From NCBI GenBank assembly GCA_021741585.1, contig JAIOXN010000001.1:609059-673058 (forward strand): a stretch of 64,000 bases of DNA. The letters run 5' to 3'. The first letter of the stretch is position 1; each line of letters starts with the position of its first letter. Origin of the DNA: Aquiluna sp. Lineage in GTDB: Bacteria > Actinomycetota > Actinomycetes > Actinomycetales > Microbacteriaceae. Below the pieces are notes generated by a model, which did not search any database, was not told the DNA's origin, and saw only the letters and a program-made list of their open reading frames with translations. Shown one piece after another: positions 61,492-64,000 of this stretch. The position numbers and the translations under genes are program-made.

Positions 61492-62244
61492 CTATAAACC
61501 TCGCTCGCGAATCACCTGGTCCATAACCAGGCGACCCCACAAATAGAAGGCCGCGAGGGCAAAGAATGCCCACTCAATTGCGTAGAACGCCGTCAGCCAA
61601 TTCACCTCAATGGTGGCCTGGCGAATTCCGATCGAAATCTTTTCCAATTCGGGCAGATCCAAACCGTTTGTCACGATCACATAGCCCGGATAGCTGGGTA
61701 GCACCTCACCGCTATATAGGTTCACCAGCTGACCCAGGTTGATCGAACCAAGGATTTCTCCCTCGGTCTCAGCCACACCTTCCGTCGGTTCAAAAAGGCC
61801 CTCTAGGGGAAGTTGTGATTGCGGGGTAATTTCCAACTGAGTTTTTGCGGCAAGGATCTTTTCAAGGCTCTCTGAAAAACCAAGGGCAAGCGTGATCATT
61901 GCATTATCTTGAACAGCTCGACCAATCAACCAATAGCCGGGAACAGCGTCCTCTCCAACTAACTGGAGCCTCGAGGAAACAATAAAGAGATTTTCCGTCT
62001 CAAGGGTCGCCTCAAATTTGACGAGCCGATCAAATACCGGAGAAGTGACCGGTTCGCCCGCAGTTACCAATTCGGTGATTGAAATGGCTTCCTGGTCGGG
62101 ATTTTCAATCCCGACGGTGTTGAAGGTTCTTGAAAGCTGCCATTGCATCAAAAGTGAGAAGGTGACCGAAATCAACAATGCGATCCCGAGGCCACCGATC
62201 CACTTTGGCCTTTTGGCAACTTGCCAAAAATTAACCGAGGTCAT
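61492..62244 (-). CDS. Hypothetical membrane-anchored protein (N- and C-terminal TM helices; SURF1-like topology).
   Basis: 250 aa; TM at 15-35 and about 215-235. The family assignment is tentative. Confidence 0.3.
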   Translation of the reverse strand: MTSVNFWQVAKRPKWIGGLGIALLISVTFSLLMQWQLSRTFNTVGIENPDQEAISITELVTAGEPVTSPVFDRLVKFEATLETENLFIVSSRLQLVGEDAVPGYWLIGRAVQDNAMITLALGFSESLEKILAAKTQLEITPQSQLPLEGLFEPTEGVAETEGEILGSINLGQLVNLYSGEVLPSYPGYVIVTNGLDLPELEKISIGIRQATIEVNWLTAFYAIEWAFFALAAFYLWGRLVMDQVIRERGL

Positions 62245-63360
62245 TTAGTCATATGGGTTGAGAACGATGTCAACCTTTTGGAATTCTTTGACATCGCTGT
62301 AACCGGTGGTAGCCATTGCCCTGCGCAATGCACCCATTAGGTTTGCGGTTCCCTCGGCACTCTCGGCAGGTCCGGTAAGGATGTTCTCAAGCGGTGCGTG
62401 AGAGCCAACCCAAACTCGCTTTCCTCTTGGCAAGCTCTGGTTCACAGCCTCTTGCCCCCAGTGCCAGCCTCGGCCAGGCGCCTGTGACGCTCTTGCCAAA
62501 ACGGTTCCAAGCATCACTGCGTCAGCACCGCAGGCAATTGCCTTGACGATATCTCCAGAAGTTCCAAGACCACCATCTGCAATCACGTGGACGTATCTTC
62601 CACCTGACTCATCCATGTAGTCGCGTCTTGCAGCAGCGACATCGGCAACCGCGGTTGCCATCGGCGCATGGATTCCAAGAATGTTTCTGGTGGCACTAGC
62701 TGCCCCGCCACCAAAGCCAACCAGGACACCGGCTGCACCGGTGCGCATTAGGTGTAGACCAGCTTGGTAGGTGGCTGCGCCACCAACAATTACTGGCACA
62801 TCCAACTTGTAGATGAATTCTTTGAGGTTTAGCGGCTCAACAGACTTTGAGACGTGTTCAGCAGAAACCGTGTTTCCACGAATCACGAACATTTCCACGC
62901 CGGCTTTGAGAACGACCTCTGAAAACTCAGCAGTTCTTTGCGGGGAGAGTGCTCCGGCCACTGTTACTCCGGCTGCTCTAATCTCGGCCAGTCTTGCGGT
63001 GATGAGCTCTGGCTGAATAGCTTTTGCGTAGACGCGCTGCAAAACCGAAGTTGCATCTTCGTCTTTTGCGTTTGCAATCTCTTCAAGTTGTTGGATTGGA
63101 TCCTCGTAGCGAGTCCACAGACCCTCTAGATCTAATACGCCCAAGCCGCCAAGCTTGCCAATCTCAATTGCGGTGGCAGGAGACATTGCGCTGTCCATTG
63201 GGGCAGCCACAACAGGCAAATCAAACTTGAATGCATCAATTGACCAGTTGGTTGAGACATCCTGAGGATCTCTGGTTCTTCTGGTTGGGACTACTGCGAT
63301 GTCATCGAAGGCATAAGCCTTCCTAGCGCTCTTGGCGCGCCCAATTTCGGTTTCGTTCAT
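62245..63360 (-). CDS. guaB3: GuaB3-type IMPDH-family protein (no CBS insert).
   Basis: 371 aa, IMPDH TIM-barrel motifs (GGLG...GSICTT-like region), lacks the CBS pair. Directly downstream of guaB as in Actinobacteria. Confidence 0.75.
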   Translation of the reverse strand: MNETEIGRAKSARKAYAFDDIAVVPTRRTRDPQDVSTNWSIDAFKFDLPVVAAPMDSAMSPATAIEIGKLGGLGVLDLEGLWTRYEDPIQQLEEIANAKDEDATSVLQRVYAKAIQPELITARLAEIRAAGVTVAGALSPQRTAEFSEVVLKAGVEMFVIRGNTVSAEHVSKSVEPLNLKEFIYKLDVPVIVGGAATYQAGLHLMRTGAAGVLVGFGGGAASATRNILGIHAPMATAVADVAAARRDYMDESGGRYVHVIADGGLGTSGDIVKAIACGADAVMLGTVLARASQAPGRGWHWGQEAVNQSLPRGKRVWVGSHAPLENILTGPAESAEGTANLMGALRRAMATTGYSDVKEFQKVDIVLNPYD

Positions 63361-63367
63361 GATCTTC

Positions 63368-64000
<633 letters not shown>

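Overview
This 64 kb window reads as mostly core chromosome of a freshwater-type actinobacterium (order Micrococcales / 'Luna'-like); that placement is an inference from gene content and Mycobacterium-like synteny, not a search result. It is gene-dense, mixed-strand and roughly 50-55% GC.

Housekeeping blocks, in order: a partial CpaF/TadA pilus ATPase; acs followed by a small GNAT; RidA with a hidden 50-aa DUF4177 gene; a class-A PBP with a metallophosphoesterase; asd-ask-recR-dnaX with an SRP RNA candidate upstream of dnaX; tRNA-Ser(GGA); folD-glyA / purU; icd; an alpha-amylase; a heterodimeric ABC exporter pair; a beta-carbonic anhydrase; purH-purN-PerM-like-sucD-sucC-pcrA; guaA; and ptsI-ptsH plus a complete mannitol PTS operon (mtlD, EIIA/B/C, DeoR regulator) inserted between guaA and guaB3-guaB.

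Accessory content:
- A block of small stress-type DUF genes just 3' of tRNA-Ser (SDR/NmrA, DUF1801, PGPGW, OsmC, DUF4870).
- A beta-glucan/cellodextrin-type uptake locus: lipoprotein SBP, two permeases, LacI/CebR-like regulator, GH1 beta-glucosidase and GH16 laminarinase lipoprotein, preceded by two CebR-box-like operators.
- A second GH1 paralog beside an ABC-2 exporter and an orphan HNH-like protein.

Most notable: a heliorhodopsin gene (28925..29728, minus) carrying all hallmark residues. It belongs to a family described in 2018 whose physiological role is still unsettled.

Second-tier candidates: an SPFH/band-7 membrane protein co-transcribed with an unlisted 57-aa Arc-type RHH repressor behind a perfect 16-bp palindrome; a 744-aa secreted glycine-rich/acidic surface protein with a C-terminal membrane anchor and an odd DDDDCC run; LysC with a TTG true start and an internal beta-subunit start; acs translationally coupled to a GNAT.

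No CRISPR array, IS element or prophage was seen.
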